DNA of 64,000 nucleotides from Antedon mediterranea (taxonomy: Eukaryota > Animalia > Echinodermata). The stretch covers positions 30,848,912-30,912,911 of the forward strand of contig NC_092675.1 in assembly GCF_964355755.1 (NCBI RefSeq), given 5' to 3'. This document shows positions 1 through 13,767 of this stretch, piece by piece. The notes beneath the pieces were generated by a model that was not told where the DNA came from, did no database searches, and worked only from the letters and a program-made list of their open reading frames with translations. The position numbers and the translations under genes are program-made. Positions within the stretch are counted from its first letter, which is position 1. The number at the start of each line of letters is the position of its first letter.

Positions 1-770
1 GTAATACATTTTTTTTAAACAATTGTCAATTTATTTGCCATGTCGATTGAAAAATCAAAAACAGGGTAAGTTTATATTTGCATTTTTAGATTACTTCAGC
101 CACGAACGAGGCAGGCCTCCTCATTATTATAATAGTCTACTTCATCTTCTATCTAGGCCTAGGCTAGCGCCTAGCTACTAGGCCTAGCTAGAGTAGGCCA
201 GCGGAATGCAGTCCTAGGCGTAGTAGCTATGCAGGCCTAGGCGTAGTAGCTAGATAGATAAGCCTAGAACTAGGCTAGCTTTGGTTGTGCTGGGACCGGC
301 TGGCTGGCTGGGTGGGTGCGTCCGTGTGTGATAGGCTAATTTTCTAAAACTTTTCGAAACAGAATAAAAATTATATTTAAAAAAATTCAGAAAATGATTT
401 GCAAAAAAATCATAAATCAGTAAATGGATTGAATTTATTACGTTTTTATATAATTTCTCACATTAAAAAAAAAAATTTTCATTTATGGATTTGCGCATAT
501 CACACATTATTATTATTAAACCACACCAAAGTAATAAACAACAGATGGTCAGTTATGTATTGTGTTTAGAGACCAGAATGTTGACAGTGTAACGACAAGT
601 GGCGGTCAGTGGCTATGTGATGAGGAGAATCTACCTTCTGTTTCATCAAACATCATTTGGCCAAATTAGTATCACATTACCTTTTATTTTTTAAATTATA
701 TTTTAAATGACAAAAAATGAATTTCCACTGACTAACATTTTCTATTCCTTTTAAATTTGATTATAGAAAT

Positions 771-3700
771 ATGTTGAAGGTACATTCGCATTCAACTATT
801 AACCGTAGCAAGGTAGCTTCAATGAGTCAAAGTAGATTGGGTGGAGGTCATAAAACACAGATAAACGCATCCAGAGCTACATTGTCGTCTAGTCGTCGTA
901 GCAACACTGCATTGGAAAGTAATGCTGATAGTAAAATTCCTGCAAACAAGTCTCTAAATGTTCAAGTAGGTTTATTTCATTTTTTTACAATTTCAGGAAA
1001 GTTTTTAGATGTTATTATTTTTAAACTATGTTTATGACACATGTTGCCTATTTAGTAAAAAATATTTGATACAACACATACCCCTCCTTTCAGGGCAGGC
1101 ATTTCCCAGGGTAATTTACAAGATTTATGCATGCTTGCCATCTTCTAACTGTACAGACTTGTTAAAATCCATCTGTTTAAAAATGTAATATTTTTTAAAT
1201 TTACGTTTTGTTGTAGGTGTTTGATGATGTTGGCAATGATGTAACTCCTCAGCCATTACTCATAGTTGATCCAAATACTCTTAAACAAAATCAAAGTAAA
1301 CTTTTTGGAAGTACACATGGAGCAGAATCAGGTGGTGGAACCGTTAGTACAGTACTTAATTTTAAATTAATAATATAGTAAATATATTGTGGTATGCAAT
1401 AATTGGTTGTAAGCTTTTAAGACATACATAGTCAGAAATAAAACCCCACAATGTTTTGATTTCTGATTTGGTGTTTTAACTAAAAATGTATTGCATATGA
1501 TTGGAAAAGAAGGAATAGTGACAATTTTGGCAACATTCAACAAAAAAATATGTCAAGAGTGACATGAGAAATTTAATTTAAATTATATTTAAACTTGACA
1601 TTCTGCTATGTGATTACATAATACAACTCTACCTAGTATGTATGTTTTCTTATGTTCCTTTTCATATTCTTATAGCCCACAGACCTAATGTCACAAAACT
1701 CCATCTATCAGACCGGCACCACAAGCTTCGCAGCACCCTTCAGACGGTCAATTTTTGGCACCAGTATCACCCAGTCAGGGAGGTCAACACCGGAATCATT
1801 TACTGATGTCATCATCGACTCACATGAAGGACCAGATATTGTTACAGGGCTTGGAGGTATAATCACATTTGTTATTCATATTATTTATTTTTAAAATTTT
1901 ATTTTTATTTCACCTTATTTATAGAGAGTGACCCTAAACAGCGTATGCTGACAATCAAGGGGGCCTCTTGATGAGTTATGATAAGTAATATAGCATAGAA
2001 ATAGATTTAATTAACAATACTAAGTATTTTCTGTTGGTAGACGTTCAGACGAGAAGAGAGGAGGTAGCTGAGACCGTGACAGAGGCCGACCTGGATAAGA
2101 TTCATGAGATAACACTGTCAGAAACAAACACCTTCTGGTTATTAGATATGAATGGCGTATGTGTATCAATAGAGAGTGATGATGCTACTGAAGTTAAGAC
2201 ACGAAATGATCAATACAAACAAGTATGTTTAATTTAATTTATCTATATGGACAAATTCAAAGGACGGTGGAACTAGTTTTGCCGTCACTTTTAAAAGGTG
2301 AAAATAGGACATGTGCTAGGAATGTTTTTATGGAGGACCCACACCATGCCCACTGTTTGGTCCCCTAAATCTCTGTCTACACTATCAAACTAGCTTGAAA
2401 AAAAATGTATGATTGTATGATTCTGTTTTTTTTTTTTTTTTTTTTTTTTTACAGCGCCATGAGCAATGAATGTTGGAATGGCGCTATATAAATCGAACGA
2501 TTGATTGATTGATATGATGTGCCCAAATATGGTAGTGATATGCCCAAATATGGTGGTGATATTACCATCATGTCCATATATGTGCACATCACATGTTTTT
2601 GACAGAGCTTTATCTATGTTAAAAAAGCAGTTTGTTAATGCCCATCCTCATATATATCTTCTTCTATTAAGTTGCTGCCTTCAACAAGAAGATTTTGCAA
2701 CTATAAATTAACTGTAGCATAAAATGACTATTAAGTATTATTTCACAAAATAGATTTGTTCTTTTCTAACATTGTTTTGCAGCTTTGTTTAGCCAGGGAG
2801 GGTAATGATCGCTACATGGACAGAGGTATGCAATCTTTTAATGAAGCACTCAAAAATAAAGAAATACAGACATCGAAGGTTGCAATGATTGTAAGTTGAT
2901 AAATAATATATTATAAAAAACATTACACATTATAACAAGTATTTAACTGAGGTAACCAAGTTATCATAACAATACTGTTCACTTGCTATTAAGTACTGCC
3001 AATCTCTGTGTCACATCATAACAATACTGTTCACTTGCTATTAAGTACTGCCAATCTCTGTGTCACATCATCACAATACTGTTCACTTGCTATTAAGTAC
3101 TGCCAATCTCTGTGTCACATCATAACAATACTGTTCACTTGCTATTAAGTACTGCCAATCTCTGTGTCACATCATAACAATACTGTTCACTTGCTATTAA
3201 GTACTGCCAATCTCTGTGTCACATCATAACAATACTGTTCACTTGCTATTAAGTACTGCCAATCTCTGTGTCACATCATAACAATACTGTTCACTTGCTA
3301 TTAAGTACTGCCAATCTCTGTGTCACATTATAACAATACTGTTCACTTGCTATTAAAGTACTGCCAATCTCTGTGTCACATCATAACAATACTGTTCACT
3401 TGCTATTAAGTACTGCCAATCTCTGTGTCACATCATAACAATACTGTTCACTTGCTATTAAGTACTGCCAATCTCTGTGTCACATCATAACAATACTGTT
3501 CACTTGCTATTAAGTACTGGCAATCTCTGTGTCACATCATAACAATACTGTTCACTTGCTATTAAGTACTGCCAATCTCTGTGTCACATCATAACAATAC
3601 TGTTCACTTACTATTAAGTACTGCCAATCTCTGTGTCACATCATCACATCTTTTGTGACAGGAAAATTATTACATTTACACTACCTGAAAATATAATACT

Positions 3701-6700
3701 CAAACTTATGCAAAATTAATATAATTAACATTACACTATATAGAAATGGTAACATTTTTTATAATAATAATATTGTTACAGGATGAAGAAAGTACTGCCT
3801 GTACATGGGATATGTATGACACATACCAAGATCTAGAAAATAAACAAAAAGGTAAACTAGAAGATAAGAATTGTTACAGTTGTGTCAAGAATTTTAGCTA
3901 CAGTTGTTTAATTGCTGTTCTTTCCCACTTTTCCAATGGGCCTTTAATACTCAGAGGTGCCTCCACTGCATACTGTCTCTTTTATTCTGTTGTTACTTAC
4001 AAAAACATTTGTTTAATTTCTTGATACAGATGAAGCATTACCAGGAGGAGGTGTGTCCTCGGAAACACCCCCTCAACATGTTGAATCAGGTGAACCTCAG
4101 AATTCCAACAAGCAACAACAAACTACTGGTGGCTCTATGACAGATGCTGGTTCGTTTCATTTCAATGTTTTTTATATGTCAAATGAGAAAATAAACAACA
4201 TTGCTGTACAGATAGGAATGAAAATGTAGGGTTATAGCCTTTGTCTTACTGTACCCCCTAACTGTGCGCTGAATTGCACACAGATGTGGACGAAACATAC
4301 AACTTTCTTCTCTGCATAGGGTCCCTTCATGTACAGCTGCCACCAAACAGCGCTTATTTGTCTGTCCACAAAAACTGATATTGATCTGTACACCAGGGTA
4401 ATCCATTTTCTCAAAAGTTTTACTGGGCTCTTGAAAAGGATGAAAGTAGACCCTAATTGTCATTTTGCAGAAGGCTGTGACAATGACATATAAGGTAGAA
4501 ATGTTTCCAACCATAAATATACTGTTGTGTTATTGTCAAACCAATGATTTCCACACAGTGTCACAAACACTGTACATTATTGTAGTAAGTATCCTAAGCT
4601 AATACTGGCCAAATATGTCTGGTTTTCCAAAAAATCTGTTATTCAGAATGTGTTTTTAATGGTTAAAATTTGGGAGAAATTTTGAGAATAGTCTGGTTTT
4701 GGGAAAGTTTCCGGTTTTCAGAAAGTCCGTTTTTGAGAGAGTCTACTCAAGTGTATTTGTGTTTATTTGTTCTCAATACAGGAAGCAAAACCAGCATGCT
4801 TACTTCAATTGCTGAATCATCAGTTGACTTATCTGAAAACGCAAAAGGAACAACATTACGTAGGGTTACAACGAGTACAGTAGATGATACCGTATTACAG
4901 GTTATTTACATGCATTCTTCATACTAAAGTTTTATATGTTTGTACAGTACTAAATTTGAACTTGTAAATGTCAGGTTCACAGTACAACATGTGGTTCCAA
5001 AAAAGAATAGTAAGACGTTTCGGTTATTGTGCTACGAACCATCTCCATCAAATCAACATTTAATACTCTTTTGTGATACTTTTTTCTCTACAGTTTATAT
5101 TCATAAAATCTATATCCTAGAAACCCTCATCATACAGCCTTAAAATGCAAATATTTAAGTGCTATTTAAAGAAACATTGTAATCAATTTCCAATCCTATG
5201 TTTCTTTCAAATAACTGAAAAAATAATTATTTTTTTAAAAATTGAATTGCTAAACATTTTGTTTTAGTCTGAATCTCTGAAGAAAAACCTGTTTGTAATG
5301 GAGCGTGTAGTCACACTCAACATCTTCCAACCAAAGCAAGCTGCATATAGAGGCCTTCCTATCATTTTGGGTATGTCACTTGTCATATTTTTTATTATAC
5401 AGTATTATTGGATGTCGTAGGTTCGAGTCCACCCGAGAATTACTGTATTTCTCAGTAGTTATTATTGGTATTATTATAACAGAACCAACATATTACTTTT
5501 TATTTATTTATTTATTGTTTTTAAATTAACTACAGTATATTTGATTGTTAGATATAGATAGAGAAACAGCAGCTGAAGAGGAATCGCCCAGCAACATGAA
5601 CTTGACCCAAATTGGTCCAAATCTTGACCGACTGTGGGCGTTCTCATGCAACCTGACAAAAGGACGTAATGTAAGCTGTATTGCATGGAATAAAACCAAC
5701 CATGTAAGTTTGTGTTAACAAGGATTATCTTTAATAAATGTATACTTGCTACTGCAGTAGTACATACTGTATTAAGCTGTGTCAACACTTAGTATCACAC
5801 TTTCTGTGATAATGTGCCCATATATGGACATGATGATGTCACATCACACCTTTTTTGTCAAACTAGTTTGATAGTGTAGACAGAGCTTTACTTATGTACC
5901 AGCTTAGGTAGTTTGATAGTGTAGACAGAGCTTTACTTATGTACCAGCTTAGGTAGTTTGATAGTGTAGACAGAGCTTTACTTATGTACCAGCTTAGGTA
6001 GTTTGATAGTGTAGACAGAGCTTTACTCATGTACCAGCTTAGGTACTGTAGTTTGATAGTGTAGACAGAGCTTTACTTATGTACCAGCTTAGGTAGTTTG
6101 ATAGTGTAGACAGAGCTTTACTTATGTACCAGCTTAGGTAGTTTGATAGTGTGGACAGAGCTTTACTTATGTACCAGGTTAGATAGTTTGATAGTGTAGA
6201 CAGAGCTTTACTCATGTACCAGCTTAGGTACTGTAGTTTGATAGTGTAGACAGAGCTTTACTTATATACCAGCTTAGGTAGTTTGATAGTGTAGACAGAG
6301 CTTTACTTATATACCAGCTTAGGTAGTTTGATAGTGTAGACAGAGCTTTACTTATGTACCAGCTTTGGTAGTTTGATAGTGTAGACAGAGCTTTACTTAT
6401 GTACCAGCTTAGGTAGTTTGATAGTGTAGACAGAGCTTTACTTATGTACCAGCTTAGGTAATTTCTTGAGCTTATTAACTTTTTTTACCTGATAAGTAAG
6501 CCTAAGCCTGATCAGCTCAAAGGTATCCACAGTACTACAGCACATGAAATTTCATATTACAAATTAATGTTTTAATATATATTTCACCTGTTGACATATT
6601 GTTCAAGTGAATCACTGCATTTTATCAATACAGGATTTGCTTGCTGTTGGTTATGGACAGTTTGGATTCTCGGAGCAGAAAGGTGGTTTAGTCTGTTGCT

Positions 6701-9700
6701 GGTCATTAAAAAACCCAGAGGTCAGTCAACTTACATTTGAAAACATCTGAGTTGCAGATATACTTAAGTAACTTGTATGTTACTGGCTTGAGCATTTGAG
6801 ACTGCTATCAAAGTAGTGATCATGCTACAGTACATACAGTATACTGTAACAACCTCTCCAATTTGCCACACAACTAATCAACTGTCAAGTTGAAAAGTCA
6901 TTTTGTGCATTCTCAGAAATATGTAAGGACAATAAAGAATGACTGTTAGACTTAATGTTGCTCTGCGTTATTTAAAGCAAGATGCAAAGGGAGTTGTCGG
7001 TACGCTTTATCACTGAAGACTTAATACAATGTTTTAAGCTTGATAATAATTTTTTTAGTACCCAGAAAGAGTTTTTCATTGCGAAGCAGGGGTGACATCG
7101 ATGGATTTCTCAGCAAATAATCCAAACCTTCTAGCAGTTAGTATTTTTTTATTGCATTTTCTACATTATTGTATAGTTATGTGAAGTTAATAGAAACGGT
7201 GTGATTTTAAAATGACAGTTACTGTAGAAAGTAGGAGACTACTCTCTTGTGACTATTAGCTAAAAAGCAATTCAAAGTGAAATTATACATGTTCTGCTAG
7301 CACATACACACCTTCATTTTATAAACTTAAATCTAAATTTAACAGATTGGTCTATATGATGGTACAGTTGCAATCTACAATGTGAGAAGTACTAAAGATG
7401 AACCAGCACTTGATAGCTAGTAAGTAGGCTACATTTATTTTGGTGCAGCCAATTCGCTAAAGAAAGTATAAAGTTTATGTAAGTAAGTAATATTTATTTC
7501 TTTCCAAGAACAGTACAGTTTATAAAACAGCATAATATTTGAATGAAAATAAACACATAGAATAAAACAAAGACTTGAGAACAAAAACATGGAAAGGCTT
7601 GTTTCCAAAGGGGAATTGCACCAAATATATTTCTTAATAATATGTTAAGTATTCTCACTACCTTAGAGGGTATATTTCTGAAAAGATTGAATATCTGCAA
7701 GGAATTTTGAAAGAAAAGATTAGATAATAATAATTGTTTTTGCTTGATTACAGCGAGAGTAAAGCAAAGCATTCATCCCCAGTGTGGGAGCTAAAGTGGA
7801 TTGAGAAAGACAGAGGGTCAGGTGACGAGAAAGGAGAGATGTTGATATCAATCTCAACAGACGGTCGTGTTAGTCAATGGCAAATAAGAAAGGGTTTTGA
7901 ATGCGCAGATCTGATGAAATTGAAACGAGTTGTAACAAAAAGTCGTAAGAATAAGGATGGTCGTGAAGGCAAGAGCGAGGCCTTGATATCAAGGCATGCT
8001 TCAGGGTTGTGTTTTGATTTCAGTCCAAAAGATTCTAACATGTAAGTACCAAGCTTTATTGTTCATTTGAAAGTTAATTGAATTGAACAGAAATATGATG
8101 TTGCAAGTAGACACAATGTACAGACTGTTGCTATTTTAATTTTGATAACATTGTGTATTTTGCAGTTACTTAGCTGGTACAGAGGATGGACTCATTCACA
8201 AATGTTCTTGCTCTTATAATGAGCAATACCTAGACAGTTATCATGGCCATACAGGCCCTGTAAATCGTATTGAATGGTCGCCATTCCTACCGGATGTTTT
8301 CCTTAGCTGCAGTAATGATTGGAGTATCAGGCTGTGGCAACATGATCACCTACAACCTGTTCTTAACTTCTTCTCATCTACGGTAAGTAATTTCTTAACT
8401 TTTTCTCATCTCTGGTAAGTAGTTTCTTAACTTCTTCTCATCTACGGTAAGTAGTTTCTTAACTTCTTCTCATCTATGGTACATCTATGGTAAGTAGTTT
8501 CTTAACTTCTTCTCATCTACGGTAAGTAGTTTTTTTAACTTCTTCTTATCTACAGGCAGTAGTTTCATGCAATTATACTTTAAATATTAAGCAGTGTGTG
8601 AAAGATGAGTCTTTGCTGTTGAAATGTTTTACCTGTATCTATGCAGGAATTCTATAACTAATTTTATTATATTAACAGAAATCTGTGATGGATGTCTGCT
8701 GGTCTCCTACCTCTGCTTCGGTGTTTGGTTGTGTCAATGAGGGCGCTATTGAAATATGGGATTTAGACCAAAATACGTAAGTGTAAAAAAAGCAAAGAAT
8801 TCCGAACATAATAATAGAAATAGTAAATGTTATATCAAAAGATGAGTACATACATTTTGTCACAGATTGGTTGGCTTTTTGTTGTTGTCTATCTTTTTTG
8901 TTCCTTACCAGTAATATTATTTTAAAACCAATATAAACAACCAATTTATTTTATGTTCTGTTAGATTGGATCCAATTATAGTATCAGTGCCTGCCCCAGG
9001 AGTCAAATTATCATGTTTAACATTTGCCATCAATTCAGATGTAAGTATAAGAAAGGCGCAGAAACCGTACACAAAATATTTACACTTTTTATTTTATTCT
9101 GAGAATTTGGTTTGTGTAAGTTTCAGGAATGTCATTTTAGAATCTATTTAAAAAGCTCTGTCTACACTATCAAACTAGTTTGACAAAAAAAAGTGCCCAA
9201 ATATGGCAGTGATATGCCCAAATATGGTAGTGATATGACACCATCATGTCTCTATATGGACACATCACATTTTTTTGTCGCATAAAGTTTGATAGTGTAG
9301 ACAGAGCTATATACTATGAGAATCTGGACATGTAAGGCTGTAATTATTGTGAATGAATTCCACTGTCGTCACATTACATTTTGATAGTGTAGACAGAGCT
9401 ATTATACTATGAGAATCTGGACATGTAAGGCTGTAATTATTGTGAATGAATTCCACTGTCGTCATCACATTTGTTCTTGTAGTGTATACTGGTTGGTGAT
9501 TCTGAAGGACAGGTGTCTGTATTCCAACTAAGGTGCATGCCTTCAGTAGCAAAGGATCAGGTAAATGGTTTTTTTTCATATCCAAGAAAAATGCATTATA
9601 TATAATAGACAATTGGTTTCTACCTGCAGTATTTGATTCTTATAACCAAAAATGATGCGTGTTGAATGGCCTATTTAAACATTTTCTTGAATAAGTTTGT

Positions 9701-10135
9701 AAGAAGGTTGTCTATAGTATAAAGCTCTGTCTGCAAATCAAACTTTATGTGACAAAAAAATGTGATGTGCCCAAATGATAATGTCATATCACTACCATAT
9801 TTAGGCACATCACACTTTTTTGTCAAACTAGTTTGATAGTGTAGACAGCTTATATTATTTTTATTATTGCACACAACACACATAGGGTATAAAAATGGCT
9901 GCAATTGTACTGCTGAGGTTGAGTGTGATGGGTGTATATGTACACTTGTAACATACTGTATGCACCTTTCAAGTCCACATGACGCAACACATACAGCGTG
10001 TATATACATCTTGAGACGACCTCTATTGTTACATTTTACTACAACCATTTTGAAAATTTTCCATTTTGTTTTTAGACTGAAAAGCTTTCTCGCTTAATTG
10101 AGCAAACACTTGCAAGCCAACTCAGCAAGCACTGA
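771..10135 (+). CDS. DNAI4: Dynein axonemal intermediate chain 4 (WDR78), multi-exon
   Basis: Stitched GT-AG exons give WD40 intermediate-chain motifs: DLLAVGYGQFGFSEQKGGLVCCWSLKNPE (6634-6720), HSSPVWELKWIEKDRG...LISISTDGRVSQW (7754-8041), YLAGTEDGLIHKCSCSYNEQYLDSYHGHTGPV (8166-8382), CILVGDSEGQVSVFQL (9483-9560); last exon 10076-10135 ends TGA. ATG 771 follows an acceptor; a probable non-coding exon ends at the donor near 67. Confidence 0.92.
2369..2611. mobile_element. Harbinger-like MITE copy interrupted by a SINE-like 3' fragment
   Basis: Left TIR tctctgtctacactatcaaact at ~2370 and MITE core resuming at ~2513; between them a poly-T and gcgctatataaatc followed by a (GATT)n tail. Confidence 0.6.
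2965..3645. repeat. 52-bp minisatellite, ~13 copies, DNAI4 intron
   Basis: Unit cataacaatactgttcacttgctattaagtactgccaatctctgtgtcacat repeated head-to-tail with no spacers. Confidence 0.95.
5865..6460. repeat. 45-bp minisatellite (~13 copies) derived from a MITE terminus plus flank
   Basis: Unit agtttgatagtgtagacagagct+ttacttatgtaccagcttaggt; the first 23 bp equal the MITE right TIR and the MITE body lies just upstream (~5790-5887). Confidence 0.9.
8360..8565 (+). repeat. 32-bp tandem repeat duplicating a DNAI4 exon end and 5' splice donor
   Basis: Unit ttcttaacttcttctcatctacg|gtaagtagt about 5-6 times; the first copy is the real exon/intron junction (8382/8383). Confidence 0.85.
9154..9308. 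mobile_element. PIF/Harbinger (Tourist-like) MITE
   Basis: TIRs AGCTCTGTCTACACTATCAAACT / AGTTTGATAGTGTAGACAGAGCT with internal gcccaaatatggtagtgatat subrepeats. Confidence 0.85.
9723..9850. mobile_element. Same MITE family, opposite orientation
   Basis: aagctctgtctgcaaatcaaact ... agtttgatagtgtagacagct. Confidence 0.8.
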
Positions 10136-11053
10136 AGAACAACACCCCGGTAGTCTACTGCAAGTTGCAATCAATTATGGCCAATTGTAAAACCACATGA
10201 TAGTTTTATGCCTTCAAAATAATCAGAATCTACCTAAAATGTATAATATTTAATTTATAAAATAAACTATATATTTTAATTTTTAAATGGAAGGATATGA
10301 TTTTCTAAGTTGAATTTTCAGGCTCTTATAATACTGCTGTTTTCCTTTGAAGGTTTCTGCAGATTATAATTTTTGTGTAAATAATGTACTGTATGTAAAA
10401 TAAATGTATAAAATTTGAAATTAAATGTTTCTATTATTTGAAACCGAATCTTTTTGTTTTAAAAGAATTCATGCAAAATCAACCATTTAGGTATAGCGCC
10501 AACCCTCAAAACTTAGTTGGAAAAGTGAGTTTTAGAATGTGAATTTGTGAGTGACTAAGGAACTAATAACACAGGTTGTACTAACTTGGAAAATGAAATA
10601 TTTGGAGAAAGTATTGACAAGCAAGAAAGGGTGCTATAACAATTTCAAATATGCATCAAATTATAGAGGGTGCTTTTACAAAACAATAGGCACTTTTATG
10701 CATGGCAAAGAAAGGTGAAAATGTACCTCTAGTGATGACTCAAAACATCTGGGAAAAAACTCCCATGATTATCTAGAGTCTGTAACCATTAAATATGACA
10801 CAGTACAAAATTTCAAATTCAAATTGTAATTTCTTTTATTCCATCAATTCTATTCTTTAAACAAACTAAAGTAGTAACTGGCAGTTGGGCACAAATTATG
10901 CAAATGTTCTTTATTTTTGTACTACTTTCTGTATTTGTACAGTATCACCACAATAACACATATAACATTCCATCCACACTTAAATCACTTTCTATTCTGT
11001 AACTATGCTTTGCAATAAGGAGTCTATCAACATGCACTACTGCGATGTCTTGC

Positions 11054-13767
11054 TTATTTCCCCTGAAAGTTAAAACAAAAATATTTCAGTTGTTTTTAAA
11101 TTTCTAATAACTTAACACAAGCTGTGACTCTATTCTAACAAGTCTTTATTTTTATCAAATTTATTTTTAAATTAAACTCTTGTAGTAATATGTATTCATA
11201 TTTTTACCAATTGCTGAATATAGAAATTGCCGACTACATTACTTGCTTTTCACGAAAATAATGACATAAAAAAAAAATATTAAAATCAGTATCTTCAATA
11301 TGGGCTAAAAATATTAATTCTCTGAGCGCTTTATTTCATTCATAAATTATATCTATCAATTTCAAGGGTGTGCTTGCATGTACAGACTATACCTATCAAT
11401 TTCAAGGGTGTGCTTGCATGTATAGACTTTAATAATAAATTGAATATCGAATAAAATCAATCAATCCAGTTTAAATATAAAAAATAACTTACTCCAGGAT
11501 ATACTAGTGGCTTTGATACTGTGATGTTACCTTTTGCCTATAAAGAAAATGTAAAAGACTTATAATTGTACACATTTGGATCAAGTACATTTAGCATAAC
11601 AAACTGGTAAGTAGTAGCTACTTACCGCTATATGGTATTTTACAAAGTAATGTGCGATCCACATTGGTACAAAAACCCTGGAAACAACACGACGTGTCAC
11701 CAAAAAATAATGTAGAGGTTTGTTATTCTGTAAATAAAAGTATAAATGTTGTTAGTCTATAAAGTATTATAACTATTTGTAGTATACAGTATCATATATA
11801 ACTGCTGAAACACAAATTATTGTTAAAAAGCTGAATTAAATATATTATAAAGTATAATAATATTAATACGCCATAGTTTAGTTTCTTTAAATAAAGATAA
11901 TTGATTTTTAAAAGATATATTGATTGATTGATTTTCTCAGAATCTTTAATTATTTATAATATATGATAGGACCTTGCTAACGCGAACACCATAGCCGGTA
12001 TCACAATCCGATCAAAGATCCATATGCGTATAATGTCATAAACCACATTTGTTGTTACATAATAATAAAGACATAAGTTAATTTTTTATCTAGATTTCAT
12101 TATAAATCATGTGTATAATCTATACACTAAGAAATAAATTTGAACAAACAATACGGATAATAAAAAAAAATCTTATTTTGTTTCCCAAGGTGAGACTCGA
12201 TCTTGGTACCTTGAATGCCATAGACACGAGCACAGACCATCGAGCCATACACAACTGACTAAAAATTGTAGAAAAATTCCTCCGTGTATTTACTATGCAG
12301 TAACCTCTTTGGTGCAAATAGATTATTACATACCGCAATGAATTATAATTTTTTACTATGATGACATCTTTAAAAATGTAAAAAAATGATGCACTGTCAA
12401 ACTATATACTTTTAACTTTAATATATGAACATATTAAGGAAGAAAGTTACTGTTAAATTTGTTATTTTGGCCTACGAAAATGTCATAATTTGTTTGTCGA
12501 AATTAATTTTTTAAAATTTAAAATGCAATTAATGATGACTTAATCAACTTTTGTTCTCTTAATTTCATAATAAATCATACATATGATACATACACTTCAA
12601 GAAAATTAAATAAAAAATAGGTGTTCCCGAGCATTCTGACGATCTATATTAATTTTTAAATTTAGCATATTTTCACCATTTTGTTAACTTACACGTGCGT
12701 AGCCTGTCACTTTTGACGTGCTTGTATAACGCAATTTTGCGTTGAAAAGTGAATAAAATATGATATTATTAAAGAAAGATTGTACAACAGAAATCGGACA
12801 AAAATAGTGCGCATTAACGTTTAACGCGCAGTGCGCGTGCAAAAAATCTGCGCACTCATGGCAATTTTTTAATCGCTTAAAATTGCCTGAAACGTACTCT
12901 AATTTCATCGAAAATAAATTTTGACAATTTTAAGCGCGCGTACGCATGCGTTATATGCGCTACACACGTCATTGTATTGCCATATGATGAAATATGACTT
13001 GAAATTTATGAGTACCAAATTTTGTTTAATTGTAATTCATGCTTGTGAAGATATGATTACAAACGTGATTTCGTTAAATTAATTTTTGATTGTGCACCTT
13101 GAAAACATAACCACATCGATTCCTGGCCATAAGGAATATACTCTGAAAAATTGACTTAGCTAGATGAAACTGATATCAAGATAATTGACGGACAAAATAG
13201 TGCTAAGGAAAGAATAAATAAACAAAGATTTTGACAGAATCAAGAGGTTATATGCATGATAATGCATATAACCTAATAAACACACACACATATGAGGGTA
13301 CAGTCAACCACCCAGTCAACTCTACACCACATTTGATTCGGCCGCGCCTACACTGACAAGCTAGGTCTAGGCCTAGCTAGATCTCTCTTACTCACACTAC
13401 AAATTCTTTAATATTTAAATTAATACTATTAAATGTCATTATAAACATAGACTCAACAAATTGATATTGTATTGATATTCAAATATTTTAAATAAATTAC
13501 ACGTACAAATCGTGCATTTAAAGGAGCAAATAACTTTCGAAATGGTTTGTTGAAAGCCTCAAATACAGGTTTCTCGAATTGCGACCGAGGAAGAGGTTCC
13601 CATGCCTCAAGCTGCTGATCCTTCAAATACCGACGTCGCCTCGGTCTTTCCTCTTGTATCCACTTATTTAGAACGTAGTCATTTTTAGCCCAACTTGGAA
13701 TTTCGGGATTAACACCTGCAGGTGGACGAAGATCCAATCTTGCTTTTGATAATTCTGGAGAGGTCAT
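11054..13767 (-). CDS. NDUFB6: NADH dehydrogenase 1 beta subcomplex subunit 6 (B17), 4 exons
   Basis: Exons 13767-13501, 11727-11626, 11537-11493, 11062-11054, all phase 0. RRRRYLKDQQLEAWEP, VFVPMWIAHYFVKYHIA and KPLVYPG match vertebrate RRRWLKDQELSPREP, VLVPVWIIHYYMKYHV and KSRIFPG. Confidence 0.9.
11920..13277 (+). mobile_element. Putative non-autonomous Helentron/HINE-like repeat in NDUFB6 intron 1
   Basis: Perfect 13-bp terminal stem-loop aggttatatgcat-gata-atgcatataacct (13245-13274) followed by AA; related gattttnncagaatc motif near both ends; no ORF. Left boundary uncertain. Confidence 0.4.

Noticed and set aside
5410-5440. tRNA-like B box (ggttcgagtcc)
   Set aside because: No cloverleaf; more likely a degraded SINE head.
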